A stretch of 29,681 bases of DNA from Prochloraceae cyanobacterium (GCA_030065265.1 JASJCW010000031.1:1-29681); one strand, 5' to 3'; numbered from the stretch's first letter, positions 17,097 to 25,719 are shown. Notes: a model not told the origin generated them from the letters alone. Translations and numbers: made by a program.

Positions 17097-17714
17097 TTAG
17101 TTTGATTTTGTTGCAATTCCTTTGTAATAATATCCCATAATTTTCGGGGCATTTTCTACATAAAATTCTTCGATTATTATGCTTTTAAATTGGTTTTCAA
17201 GAATTTTTTTGATATTACGATTTAAATGACAACCATCCCCGATCGCTTTTTGAATTGGATTAAGTCTATTTTGCCAAACTTGAATTTTCGCTTCGTTACT
17301 CAATCCGTGTTCGATAAAATAAAATTTGCCGTTAGGTTTTAAGACGCGATAAATTTCGGCTATAGCTCGATCTATATTGGCAATACTACAAAGCGTCCAA
17401 GTGCTAACTATACTATCAAAATTATTGTCTGGAAAAGGTAAATCTTCACTGCTTAATAAGCGGTTATCGACGGTAATTTTAGATTCTTGAATTCTTTTTC
17501 GTGCCAATCTATTCATCCCCGGATTGGGATCGATAGTTGTTACTTTGGTGATATTTTCTGGATAATAAGCTAAATTTAATCCAGTACCAAAACCAATTTC
17601 TAAGACTTCTCCAGATACTTCCGATAATAGTTGTTTGCGATATTTACTAGAGATCGGATCTGATAAACTCAAATCCAATAAATAAGGTAAAATGAGACGA
17701 GAATAAAGGCTCAT
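17097..17714 (-). CDS. Class I SAM-dependent methyltransferase
   Basis: 205-aa ORF with motif I VLEIGFGTGLNLAYY, post-I acidic D (TIDPN), motif II/III (FDSIVSTWTLCS, LKPNGKFYFIEH). Substrate unknown. Confidence 0.8.
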   Translation of the reverse strand: MSLYSRLILPYLLDLSLSDPISSKYRKQLLSEVSGEVLEIGFGTGLNLAYYPENITKVTTIDPNPGMNRLARKRIQESKITVDNRLLSSEDLPFPDNNFDSIVSTWTLCSIANIDRAIAEIYRVLKPNGKFYFIEHGLSNEAKIQVWQNRLNPIQKAIGDGCHLNRNIKKILENQFKSIIIEEFYVENAPKIMGYYYKGIATKSN

Positions 17715-18112
17715 AACTGAGATTATCCTAATTTATTTTAAGTTTAATATAAAAGATTTTCTGAAATAAGTATCTCTAGATGAAGAATAATAATAATTTA
17801 TAAATTGTTTGTTTGGCTGATAAATATCGCCCTAAATTTCCAATTTTTTGTTGGCTATAGTTAGTTTATTCTCTCCCTGCTTCCCATATCCCCGATGCTC
17901 AGCATCTGCAACCAGTTTAAATAATTTTAAAGAGCGATCGCCATAGTATTTCATTTAAACTGGCTTCAATTTTTTGAGGTTCAAAAGGAACTAAATAATC
18001 TTTACTTTCGCTGTAATAGCTGAAGCATCATTTTAATTTGCAATTGCGAGTAAGAGTCTTGTAATTTATGTTGAGTTAGATTCCTTGTCACTCAAGAAAA
18101 AATTAATTTCTT

Positions 18113-18709
18113 TTAATATGATTCTACCAATTGTTGCAAACCGGATATTTTAATTCCTTCGCCGATCGCTTGCACGTTCCAACCTTCATTTTCGCGATAA
18201 ATTTCAGCCATAATCATTCCCGTACTACCTTGATATTGTTGACCGGATAGATTGTAACGAGCGATTTCTCGATTGTTAGCAGTATCGACTAAGCGAACGA
18301 AAGCATTATTAACTTGACTAAAATCTTGCTGGCGATCGAACGCTTGAAAAATACTGACAGCAAAAACTAACTTATGAATATTTTCGGGTATTTTAGGCAA
18401 ATCGACCAGAATTTGTTCGTCGTCTCCTTCCCCTTCACCTGTGAGATTATCGCCTAAATGGGTAATTCCTCCAGAAACGTGAGCGAGATTGTTATAGTAA
18501 ATAACATTCATATTGTTATCTAATTTGCCCTGAGCATTTAAACACAAAACCGAAGCATCTAAATCTAGATTTGAACTGGCTTTAAAAATGCCAAGAAAAC
18601 CCCCAGAAGATTGGGCTATATCCCAACCTAAACCACACATAATTGTAGTTAAACCTGGGGACTCTTTTTTTAAAGAAATACGCTGTCCTTTTTGTAAATT
18701 AATAGACAT
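18113..18709 (-). CDS. TerD-family stress protein (divergent paralog, TerZ/TerX-like)
   Basis: 198 aa. MSINLQKGQRISL..GLGWD...GDNLTGEGEGDDEQI...VQAIGEG pattern of the TerD/CABP1 fold, with ~35-40% identity to the three downstream paralogs. Confidence 0.85.
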   Translation of the reverse strand: MSINLQKGQRISLKKESPGLTTIMCGLGWDIAQSSGGFLGIFKASSNLDLDASVLCLNAQGKLDNNMNVIYYNNLAHVSGGITHLGDNLTGEGEGDDEQILVDLPKIPENIHKLVFAVSIFQAFDRQQDFSQVNNAFVRLVDTANNREIARYNLSGQQYQGSTGMIMAEIYRENEGWNVQAIGEGIKISGLQQLVESY

Positions 18710-18721
18710 TGTTTCAATCTT

Positions 18722-19300
18722 TTAACTGTTGTAGCGGTTGAGGAGAGCTTGTAAGCCGCCCTGATAACCCGATCCTACAGCATTGACGCGCCACTCGCCA
18801 TCCTTGCGATAAAATTCGGCCATGATAATCGCAGTTTCGATCGAAAAGTCTTCAGCTAAGTCGTAACGTAAGACCTCTTCTTGAGTTTCGACATTAACCA
18901 AACGCACGTAAGCATTACTAACTTGGCCGAAATTTTGTTTGCGTTTTTCCGCTTCGTAAATAGTTACGCTGACGACCATTTTATTGACATCCGGGGGGAT
19001 TTTACGGAAATCTGCAATTAAAGCTTCGTCATCTCCTTCTCCTTCACCGGTTCGATTATCTCCCATCAATTGCACCGATTTATCTGGATCGGGACTGGTA
19101 AGATTGTTATAAAAAATAAAGTGTTTTTCTGTAATTAACTTCTGATCGGCACCAACAAGAAAAACAGATAAGTCTAAGTCAAATTCATTACCCGTATCCG
19201 TAGCATTGATATCCCATCCTAACCCGATTAAAGCCGCACTCAGCCCTGGTGCTACCTTATCTAACGATACTCTTTGACCTTTTTGTAGTGAAATTGCCAT
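18722..19300 (-). CDS. terD: TerD-family tellurium-resistance/Ca-binding stress protein
   Basis: 192 aa. It aligns end-to-end with E. coli TerD (MAISLQKGQRVSLDK..IGLGWD..FDLDLSVFL..FIFYNNL..GDNRTGEGEGDDE..VTIYEAE..QNFGQVSNAYVRLVN..RYDL.EDFS.ETA.IMAEFYR..GEWR..AVGSGYQGGL). Confidence 0.9.
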   Translation of the reverse strand: MAISLQKGQRVSLDKVAPGLSAALIGLGWDINATDTGNEFDLDLSVFLVGADQKLITEKHFIFYNNLTSPDPDKSVQLMGDNRTGEGEGDDEALIADFRKIPPDVNKMVVSVTIYEAEKRKQNFGQVSNAYVRLVNVETQEEVLRYDLAEDFSIETAIIMAEFYRKDGEWRVNAVGSGYQGGLQALLNRYNS

Positions 19301-19338
19301 ATTATAATTTTAGTTTTTGCGAGGATATTACAATTTTT

Positions 19339-19914
19339 TTATTGATAGCGGTTTAAAAGAGCCTGTAAGCCACCTTCATAGCCAGATCCTACAGCACCGA
19401 CGCGCCAGTCGCCATCCTTGCGATAAAATTCGGCCATAATAATCGCAGTTTCGATCGAAAAGTCTTCAGCTAAGTCGTAACGCAAAACCTCATCTTTAGT
19501 TTCGACATTAACCAAACGCACGTAAGCATTATTAACTTGACCGAAATTCTGTCCCCGTTTCTCTGCTTCGTGAATGGTAACGGTGACAGCCATTTTAGCA
19601 ACTTCTGGGGGGATTTTACGAAAATCTGCAATCAAAGCTTCGTCATCTCCTGCACCTTCACCGGTTCGATTATCTCCCATCAATTGCACCGATTTATCTG
19701 GATCGGGACTGTTGAGATTATTGTAGAAAACAAAGTGTTTGTCTGAAATTAATTTTTCATTGTCTCCTAATAAAAAAACCGATACGTCGAGATCGAAATC
19801 AGTACCCGTATCTGTGGGGTTGACATCCCATCCCAAACCGATCATTCCTGCATTAATTCCCGGTGCTACTTTCTCTAGGGCGATTTTTTGTCCTTTTTGG
19901 AGTGAAATAGCCAT
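19339..19914 (-). CDS. terD: TerD-family tellurium-resistance/Ca-binding stress protein
   Basis: 191 aa. ~85% identical to the 18722..19300 and 20138..20713 products. It has the GDNRTGEGAGDDE motif. Confidence 0.9.
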   Translation of the reverse strand: MAISLQKGQKIALEKVAPGINAGMIGLGWDVNPTDTGTDFDLDVSVFLLGDNEKLISDKHFVFYNNLNSPDPDKSVQLMGDNRTGEGAGDDEALIADFRKIPPEVAKMAVTVTIHEAEKRGQNFGQVNNAYVRLVNVETKDEVLRYDLAEDFSIETAIIMAEFYRKDGDWRVGAVGSGYEGGLQALLNRYQ

Positions 19915-20137
19915 ATATTTCTACCTAATCGTAAATTGCAAACTAATTTTATTATTATCGATTTGCTCGAGCGATCGATGTAGGGATAATACCCATTGGG
20001 AGCGTCGGGAGAGGTTAGTCGTTAGTGGGGAGTGTTGAAAGCGTCTGCAGAAAAAAATCAGCTGATTTTACCAATTTACAATTAATCAACCAATTTCAAA
20101 CTAAACAACTACCTACTACCTACTCCCTAACTTCGCT

Positions 20138-20713
20138 TTAATTGTAGCGAGACAAAAGTGCTTCTAGACCCCCTTGATAGCCAGATCCTACTGCGTTAAC
20201 CCGCCATTCGTTATCTTTGCGATAAAATTCGGCCATGACAATTGCAGTTTCGATCGAAAAGTCTTCATCTAATTCGTAGCGCAAGACTTCATCTTTAGTT
20301 TCGACGTTAACTAAGCGGACGTAAGCATTATTAACTTGACCGAAATTTTGACCGCGTTTGTCTGCTTCGTGAATGGTAACTGTAACGGTTATTTTATTAA
20401 CATCTGCGGGTACTTTACGAAAATCAACGATCGCCGCTTCGTCATCCCCACTACCTTCACCTGTTTTATTGTCCCCCATTAATTGAATCGATTTATCTGG
20501 ATCGGGACTGGTCAGGTTATTGTAAAAAATAAAGTGTTTTTGTGAAACTAATTTATCGTTAGCACCCAAAAGAAACAAAGACACGTCGAGATCGAAATCA
20601 GTACCCGTATCGGTAGGGTTAACATCCCATCCCAAACCAACAAGTGCTGCGGATATACCGGGTGCAGCTTTTTCTAAAGATATTTTTTGCCCTTTTTGGA
20701 GTGAAATTGTCAT
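20138..20713 (-). CDS. terD: TerD-family tellurium-resistance/Ca-binding stress protein
   Basis: 191 aa. It has the GDNKTGEGSGDDE motif and is near-identical in organisation to the two preceding paralogs. Confidence 0.9.
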   Translation of the reverse strand: MTISLQKGQKISLEKAAPGISAALVGLGWDVNPTDTGTDFDLDVSLFLLGANDKLVSQKHFIFYNNLTSPDPDKSIQLMGDNKTGEGSGDDEAAIVDFRKVPADVNKITVTVTIHEADKRGQNFGQVNNAYVRLVNVETKDEVLRYELDEDFSIETAIVMAEFYRKDNEWRVNAVGSGYQGGLEALLSRYN

Positions 20714-20733
20714 TATTTTTCCTACCTAATTTT

Positions 20734-21777
20734 ATGTTATTTAATCGAATTGTCGAAAAACTAGGAGATGCAGTCGAGCGACATAGCATAACGGCTAATA
20801 ATCTTAACCCCGAAATTACTGGAGTAGCCTCAGTAGATAGCGCAAAAGCCGGAACTATCAGCTATGTTGAAGGGGGCAAATTTGCCGCAATGGTAAGTCA
20901 AACTGCTGCTAGTGCTTTGATTTTGCCTTTAGATGAATCGCTGATAATCGCAGCCACAGAGCGAGGTCTTGCTTGGGTTGCAACCAAACAACCTCGGTTA
21001 TTATTTGCTAAGGCGATCGCCTTGTTTTATCAACCGTTTCAACCAGGCCCTGGTATTCATCCTACAGCAGTAATTGACCCTTCGGTAGTTCTCGGTAAAG
21101 ATGTTTCGATCGCATCCCACGTTGTCATTCAACCGGGAGTAACTATCGGCGATCGCGCTTGCATTCATCCTAACGTTGTCATTTATCCCGATGTTGAAAT
21201 CGGCGATCGCACGATCCTGCACGCTAACTGTACGATCCACGAACGGGCTAAAATTGGGGCCGATTGCGTGATTCATAGCGGTGCGGTTATTGGTGCGGAA
21301 GGATTTGGTTTTGTTCCCACTCCACAAGGTATTTTTAAAATGGAACAATCGGGCCGTACTGTTTTAGAGGATCGCGTAGAAGTTGGTTGCAATAGCGCGA
21401 TCGACCGCCCTGCAGTTGGTGAAACTATTATTAAACGCAATACCAAATTAGACAATATGGTGCATATCGCTCACGGTTGCGAAGTTGGCGAAAATTGCTT
21501 TATGGCGGCTCAAGTCGGCTTAGCTGGAGGCGTTAAAGTAGGTAGGGGGGTTATGCTTGGCGGACAGGTTGGTGTCGCTAATAACGCTAAAATCGGCGAT
21601 GGTGCGATCGCTACGGCTCAAACTGGTATTCCCAGCGACATTGCACCCGGAGCAATTGTTTCGAGTTCTCCGGCCGTTCCTAACAAGTTATATCTTAAAG
21701 TTTCGGCTATTTACAAGCGTCTGCCGGAAATGTATAGAATTTTGAAAAAGTTGCAAAAAAAATTAGATTTAGATTGA
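20734..21777 (+). CDS. lpxD: UDP-3-O-(3-hydroxyacyl)glucosamine N-acyltransferase
   Basis: The N-terminal motif ITGVASVDSAKAGTISYVEGGKFAAMVSQTAASALI matches the LpxD N-domain. It is followed by ~10 hexapeptide (left-handed beta-helix) repeats (IHPTAVIDPSVVLGKDVSIASHVVIQPGVTIGDRACIHPNVVIYPDVEIGDRTIL...). The ORF-track start at 20644 overlaps TerD on the other strand and adds a non-conserved hydrophobic extension. ATG 20734 (MLFNRIVEKLG) gives a ~347-aa LpxD-sized protein. Confidence 0.8.
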   Translation: MLFNRIVEKLGDAVERHSITANNLNPEITGVASVDSAKAGTISYVEGGKFAAMVSQTAASALILPLDESLIIAATERGLAWVATKQPRLLFAKAIALFYQPFQPGPGIHPTAVIDPSVVLGKDVSIASHVVIQPGVTIGDRACIHPNVVIYPDVEIGDRTILHANCTIHERAKIGADCVIHSGAVIGAEGFGFVPTPQGIFKMEQSGRTVLEDRVEVGCNSAIDRPAVGETIIKRNTKLDNMVHIAHGCEVGENCFMAAQVGLAGGVKVGRGVMLGGQVGVANNAKIGDGAIATAQTGIPSDIAPGAIVSSSPAVPNKLYLKVSAIYKRLPEMYRILKKLQKKLDLD

Positions 21778-21792
21778 GATTTCGAGGGAATT

Positions 21793-21827
21793 GAGTGGGC
21801 TTTTTGTAGTATCTTCCAGCCCACTTA
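21793..21827. terminator. Possible bidirectional terminator hairpin between convergent lpxD and the 111-aa ORF
   Basis: GAGTGGGCT (21793-21801) and AGCCCACTt (21819-21827) form an 8-9-bp stem, but with a long 17-nt loop and no clear U-tract. Weak. Confidence 0.25.
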
Positions 21828-21840
21828 AAATGAGGCCTAT

Positions 21841-22176
21841 TTATTGTAATTTCTCCGTTAAACTGATATTTTTCTCGGTTAAATTGACATTTCCTGCCAT
21901 TTGAGGGACTTGTAATAATATACCTACTCCTCCTACTAATACGGCGATCGCCATTGTCAATAAAGCTAACTTTGGTGCCAAGCTGGACTCTTTTTGAATT
22001 GGCGGCTGATTTTCTAGGTCTACTGGTTCGGTTTCGTCGTAATTTTCACTGTCGGCAAAGCATTCTTTTTCTACTAAATGAGTCCAATTATCGCCAATTG
22101 TCGGGTGAAAAAATAACCAGTTTTGATTGTTACTTGTATATCTGGGTCGTTTGTAACTCATTTGTCTTGCTCCCAA
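21841..22176 (-). CDS. Hypothetical small protein with one C-terminal TM helix
   Basis: 111-aa ORF, with an alternative start at MSYKRPRY 15 nt in. One hydrophobic helix, LALLTMAIAVLVGGVGILL. No recognisable family. Supported only by ORF length and position between lpxD and a long AT-rich region. Confidence 0.3.
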   Translation of the reverse strand: MGARQMSYKRPRYTSNNQNWLFFHPTIGDNWTHLVEKECFADSENYDETEPVDLENQPPIQKESSLAPKLALLTMAIAVLVGGVGILLQVPQMAGNVNLTEKNISLTEKLQ

Positions 22177-22741
22177 TTAAAAATAAAGTATTTTCAAGTT
22201 ATGTTGGATTTAACTATATCTTATGAGCGTTTTAACTCAAAAAATTCATTTCTTCACTCAAATTAAACATTATATTTTACGCAAATTAAACATTTTGTAA
22301 TGTTGGAGTGGAAAAATAAATATTTTTTTATTGGCTTGTAAAATATTTAAGGGATCGCGATCGCAATTAATATCTTTATTCAAGCAATTTTTTTATCAAT
22401 TTATTATTAAAAAGCAACATTAAAAATAAAAGAAAAATATATCTAAAAAAAGCCCTTTATTTAAACAAGATTTGCAATAGCAATTACTATTCATATCAAT
22501 GACCGAACAATTAAGGAAAATAAATTTAATAAGTAATTCTTTTTAAGCGATCCAGCCTAAATATTTATACTGAGGCTCTGCTCTTGACAATTAATATCTT
22601 ATAGATTCAGAACTTGAATTCAATTTGATTGTGATAAAGTAAATTAAAAGCAAATTTAAATTTTAGATCTAATTTAATGCAATCGTCTGAAAAAATAACG
22701 ATCTAAATCACTTAATAAACTAGAGAATAGGAACCGATTAA

Positions 22742-24040
22742 ATGGGGTTATTTGACAGAATTCGCGGCGAATTTGTTGATGTTATTGAATGGTTAGATTC
22801 AACTAATGATACGATTGTTTACCGCTTCGAGCGTTATAAAAACGAGATAAAAATGGGAGCAAAATTAACAGTGCGTCCGGGGCAAATGGCTGTATTTGTT
22901 AAAGAGGGTCAAGTTGCCGATGTTTTCTCGCCAGGAATGTATCAACTTTCGACCAGAAACTTACCGATTTTAACTACTTTAATGTCCTGGTCTCATGCCT
23001 TCAACTCGCCATTTAAAGCAGAAGTTTACTTTTTTAGTACCAAAGTTTTTACTAACCTTAAATGGGGAACATCTAAACCAATTACTCTGCGCGATCGCGA
23101 ATTAGGGCCGGTTCGGATCAGAGCTTATGGAAACTACAGTATTAAAGTCGAATCTCCAACCTTATTATTACAAGAATTAGTTAGCACAGATGGGTTATTT
23201 CAAGTAGATGAAGTTAGCGATCATCTCCGTAATATTATCGTTAGTTCCTTTGCTAAATGGCTAGGTAGTTCCCAAATTGCCGTCTTAGATTTAGCCGCTC
23301 ATTATGGCGATTTGGGGGATAAAATTCAAGCCGCAATCAAACCGGAAATGAATCAGGTTGGCATCGAATTAGATCGTTTATTAATTGAAAATATTTCTTT
23401 ACCTTCAGCGGTAGAAGAAGCTTTGGACAAACGTGCTTCGATGGGATTGTTAGGGAATATGCAACAATATACCCAGTTTCAAACTGCTAACGCGATCGAG
23501 CGATCGGCTGAAAACCCCAATAGTAGCAATCCCGGTTTAGATTTTGGCATGGGTATGATGATGGCTCAGCAAATGTCTTCTGCAATGCAGCAACCACAAA
23601 ATCAAGTCCCGCGATCGAATTCCGCTCCAGTTGCTCCCCCTCCTTTAACTCCTCAATGGTATATTGTTGAAAACGGTCAACAAATAGGGCCTTTAGATTT
23701 TCATCAGCTATCCCAAAGAAGGTTAATTTCTCAAACCTTGGTATGGCGTAATGGTATGAGCGAGTGGCTTCCGGCCGCTCGAGTAGGGGAATTATCATCT
23801 TTATTGACACCGCCAACACCACCGACACCACCGACACCACCAACCCCTCCAATATCAGCACCAACATCTTCTTTAGGTAAAGCAGAGTGGTATATTTTTC
23901 GGAGCGGTCAAGCTACGGGGCCGTTCACCAAACAACAATTAAAAGAACAAGGAATATCCGGGAGAACTAACGTCCGTAAAGAAGGTGACGAAGGATGGAC
24001 TAGAGCCAGAGATATCTCCGAATTAAGTTCTATTATTTGA
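22742..24040 (+). CDS. SPFH/band-7 superfamily protein of the YdjI/COG4260 type with two C-terminal DUF4339 (GYF-like) domains separated by a (PT)n linker
   Basis: N-terminal MGLFDRIRGEFVDVIEWLDSTNDTIVYRFERYKNEIKMGAKLTVRPGQMAVFVKEGQVADVFSPGMYQLSTRNLPILTTL is highly similar to the B. subtilis YdjI family as I recall it. The C-terminus has two repeats, QWYIVENGQQIGPLDFHQL......LVWRNGMSEWLPAARVGEL and EWYIFRSGQATGPFTKQQL...NVRKEGDEGWTRARDISEL (DUF4339/GYF-like, W-Y-x-x-x-G-x-x-x-GP). These flank LTPPTPPTPPTPPTPP. Confidence 0.8.
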   Translation: MGLFDRIRGEFVDVIEWLDSTNDTIVYRFERYKNEIKMGAKLTVRPGQMAVFVKEGQVADVFSPGMYQLSTRNLPILTTLMSWSHAFNSPFKAEVYFFSTKVFTNLKWGTSKPITLRDRELGPVRIRAYGNYSIKVESPTLLLQELVSTDGLFQVDEVSDHLRNIIVSSFAKWLGSSQIAVLDLAAHYGDLGDKIQAAIKPEMNQVGIELDRLLIENISLPSAVEEALDKRASMGLLGNMQQYTQFQTANAIERSAENPNSSNPGLDFGMGMMMAQQMSSAMQQPQNQVPRSNSAPVAPPPLTPQWYIVENGQQIGPLDFHQLSQRRLISQTLVWRNGMSEWLPAARVGELSSLLTPPTPPTPPTPPTPPISAPTSSLGKAEWYIFRSGQATGPFTKQQLKEQGISGRTNVRKEGDEGWTRARDISELSSII

Positions 24041-24072
24041 TAATCCATTTTTAGACCACAAAAAAAGCTAAA

Positions 24073-25146
24073 ATGACGACTACTTCCCAGTCAGATATTA
24101 AACGATATCCTTGTTCTAGCTGCGGTGCAGAGTTAGAATTTAATACCGAACAAGCTCAACTTAAGTGTAATTATTGCGGTTATCAAGAAGTTATTTCCAG
24201 CGATCGAGTAGTAGAAGAAAAGTGTTTTAACCAACAGTTAAATAGCGATCGAATTAAACTAAAGGCATTATCAGAAACAGCATTAGAAGTAAGTTGCTCT
24301 GATTGTGGTGCTAATATTATCTTTGAACCGCCTCAAGTAGCCGGTAGTTGTCCTTTTTGTGCTGCTAATATTGTTACTCAACCTAAACTAGCCGAACCAA
24401 TTATTACACCTGAAGCGGTAATTCCTTTTACTATCGGTCGGAAAAAAGTTAGCAAAAATTTACAACAATGGTTGAGCAAACATTGGTTTGTTCCTAATGA
24501 ATTAAAAAAATTAGCTCAATTAGAGAAAATACAAGGTGTTTATCTTCCTTTTTGGACTTACGATGCCGATACTGCTACCTACTATCGAGGAGAAAGAGGA
24601 ATAACCGAATGCGACGAAGATGAGGATGGAAACTCTTCTAATTGTACTACTAGTTGGTCTCCGGTTAGCGGTCAAGTAGGGCGTTTTTTCGATGATATTT
24701 TAGTATCTGGAACTAATTTAATTGAGAGCGATCGCCTGGGTAAGTTAGAACCTTGGCATCTTCAAGAATCTTTAAAACCTTATAGTCCTTCTTATTTAGC
24801 AGGTTTTGAAGCCCAAAGATCGCAGATCGATCTCGAAGATGGTTTTGAAATTGCAAAAAATATAATGGCTTGTCAAATTAGAGATGATGTTGAAAAAGAT
24901 ATCGGTGGCGACGAACAACGCATTCACCATCTTTCTACAAGCTACAATGCAACTACTTTTAAACATATTTTACTTCCAGTTTGGTTGACATCTTACCGCT
25001 ATCGCAACAAGCAATATCAAGTAATAATTAACGGATACACTGGAAAAATTAAAGGCGATCGCCCCTTAAGCAATTTTAAAATTGTTTGTACGGTTTTAGC
25101 CTGTATCGCCCTCGTTGGTTTGATTATTTTTCTATGCTCAAAATAG
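24073..25146 (+). CDS. Double zinc-ribbon membrane-anchored protein (YdjG-like partner of the SPFH protein)
   Basis: 357 aa. Two CxxC-x(n)-CxxC ribbons (CSSCGAELEF..CNYCGY; CSDCGANIIF..CPFCAAN) and one C-terminal TM helix (IVCTVLACIALVGLIIFLC). It lies 32 bp downstream of the SPFH gene on the same strand. In Bacillus the ydjG (Zn-ribbon)/ydjI (SPFH) genes are co-operonic. Confidence 0.65.
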   Translation: MTTTSQSDIKRYPCSSCGAELEFNTEQAQLKCNYCGYQEVISSDRVVEEKCFNQQLNSDRIKLKALSETALEVSCSDCGANIIFEPPQVAGSCPFCAANIVTQPKLAEPIITPEAVIPFTIGRKKVSKNLQQWLSKHWFVPNELKKLAQLEKIQGVYLPFWTYDADTATYYRGERGITECDEDEDGNSSNCTTSWSPVSGQVGRFFDDILVSGTNLIESDRLGKLEPWHLQESLKPYSPSYLAGFEAQRSQIDLEDGFEIAKNIMACQIRDDVEKDIGGDEQRIHHLSTSYNATTFKHILLPVWLTSYRYRNKQYQVIINGYTGKIKGDRPLSNFKIVCTVLACIALVGLIIFLCSK

Positions 25147-25719
25147 TTTTTATTTTTTATTTTCCTTCAATCTTTAAGCTATTTTCTGTAATGCTAGTTA
25201 CTAGCAAAAGGAAGTGAAATCATTTAAATGTTTATAAATAAAAGATCGAGTCAGTTTTTTTTAAAACTAAAATAGTCTTTTTGATTTTAAATATTTTTGA
25301 ATCGTAAATAATAAATACTAAGATTTAAACTTCGACAAAAATAAATTGTTGTCGGACTTTGATTGTATTTTATTTGACTTTTTATATATCTAAAAAAAAT
25401 CCAAATAAATTATTGACAAAGCTAAGAATCTTGCGTAAGAATTAAATTTATATGTAATTTATATCTCGACCTTTTTAGCAATAACGATCGAAATCTTAGA
25501 GCGATCGGGAACACATTAGCATTGGTTTTGCTTCAAGCAGAGCCAAACTAAATTTTATACTTATTTTTTTTCGACGTAATGAAAAATACTAAACTGCAAA
25601 AAATGTCTTAGAAAAATTAAAAATATACCAGGAAATCCGGCTGATTCTTACAGTTTGATTCGCTTAAAAGTTTGCATCTAATAATTAAGCGATCGATTAA
25701 ATTGAAAACTTCAGTAAAT

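Larger units (their letters stand above)
18722..20713. repeat. Tandem gene duplication: three ~580-bp TerD units with high nucleotide identity (plus a fourth, diverged unit at 18113..18709)
   Basis: Long near-identical DNA runs are shared. For example, GGCCAT(A/G)ATAATCGCAGTTTCGATCGAAAAGTCTTCAGCTAAGTCGTAACG is in copies 2 and 3. ACCAAACGCACGTAAGCATTA(C/T)TAACTTG(G/A)CCGAAATT is in all three. Confidence 0.8.

Noticed and set aside
19739-20038. 99-aa plus-strand ORF spanning the TerD3 start and the TerD3/TerD4 spacer (also 19537..19746, 21954..22226, 5085..5273, 5384..5569)
   Set aside because: These have no homology signal and are mostly antisense to TerD coding sequence or other well-supported coding sequence, or lie in AT-rich non-coding DNA. 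They are likely chance ORFs. The spacer may still be functional as RNA (see finding).
20644-20733. ORF-track 5' extension of lpxD overlapping TerD4 on the opposite strand
   Set aside because: The extension is a low-complexity hydrophobic run (LFLKIFFALFGVKLSLFFL) not found in LpxD proteins, and it overlaps 70 nt of a well-supported TerD gene. The ATG at 20734 yields a canonical LpxD N-terminus.
25672-25719. ORF-track 5' extension of the Calx-beta protein (MHLIIKRSIKLKTSVN)
   Set aside because: The Met at 25720 begins a textbook signal peptide (MNETILRKTKPSIFVFATLLAVTAAKSTLA). The extension would bury it.
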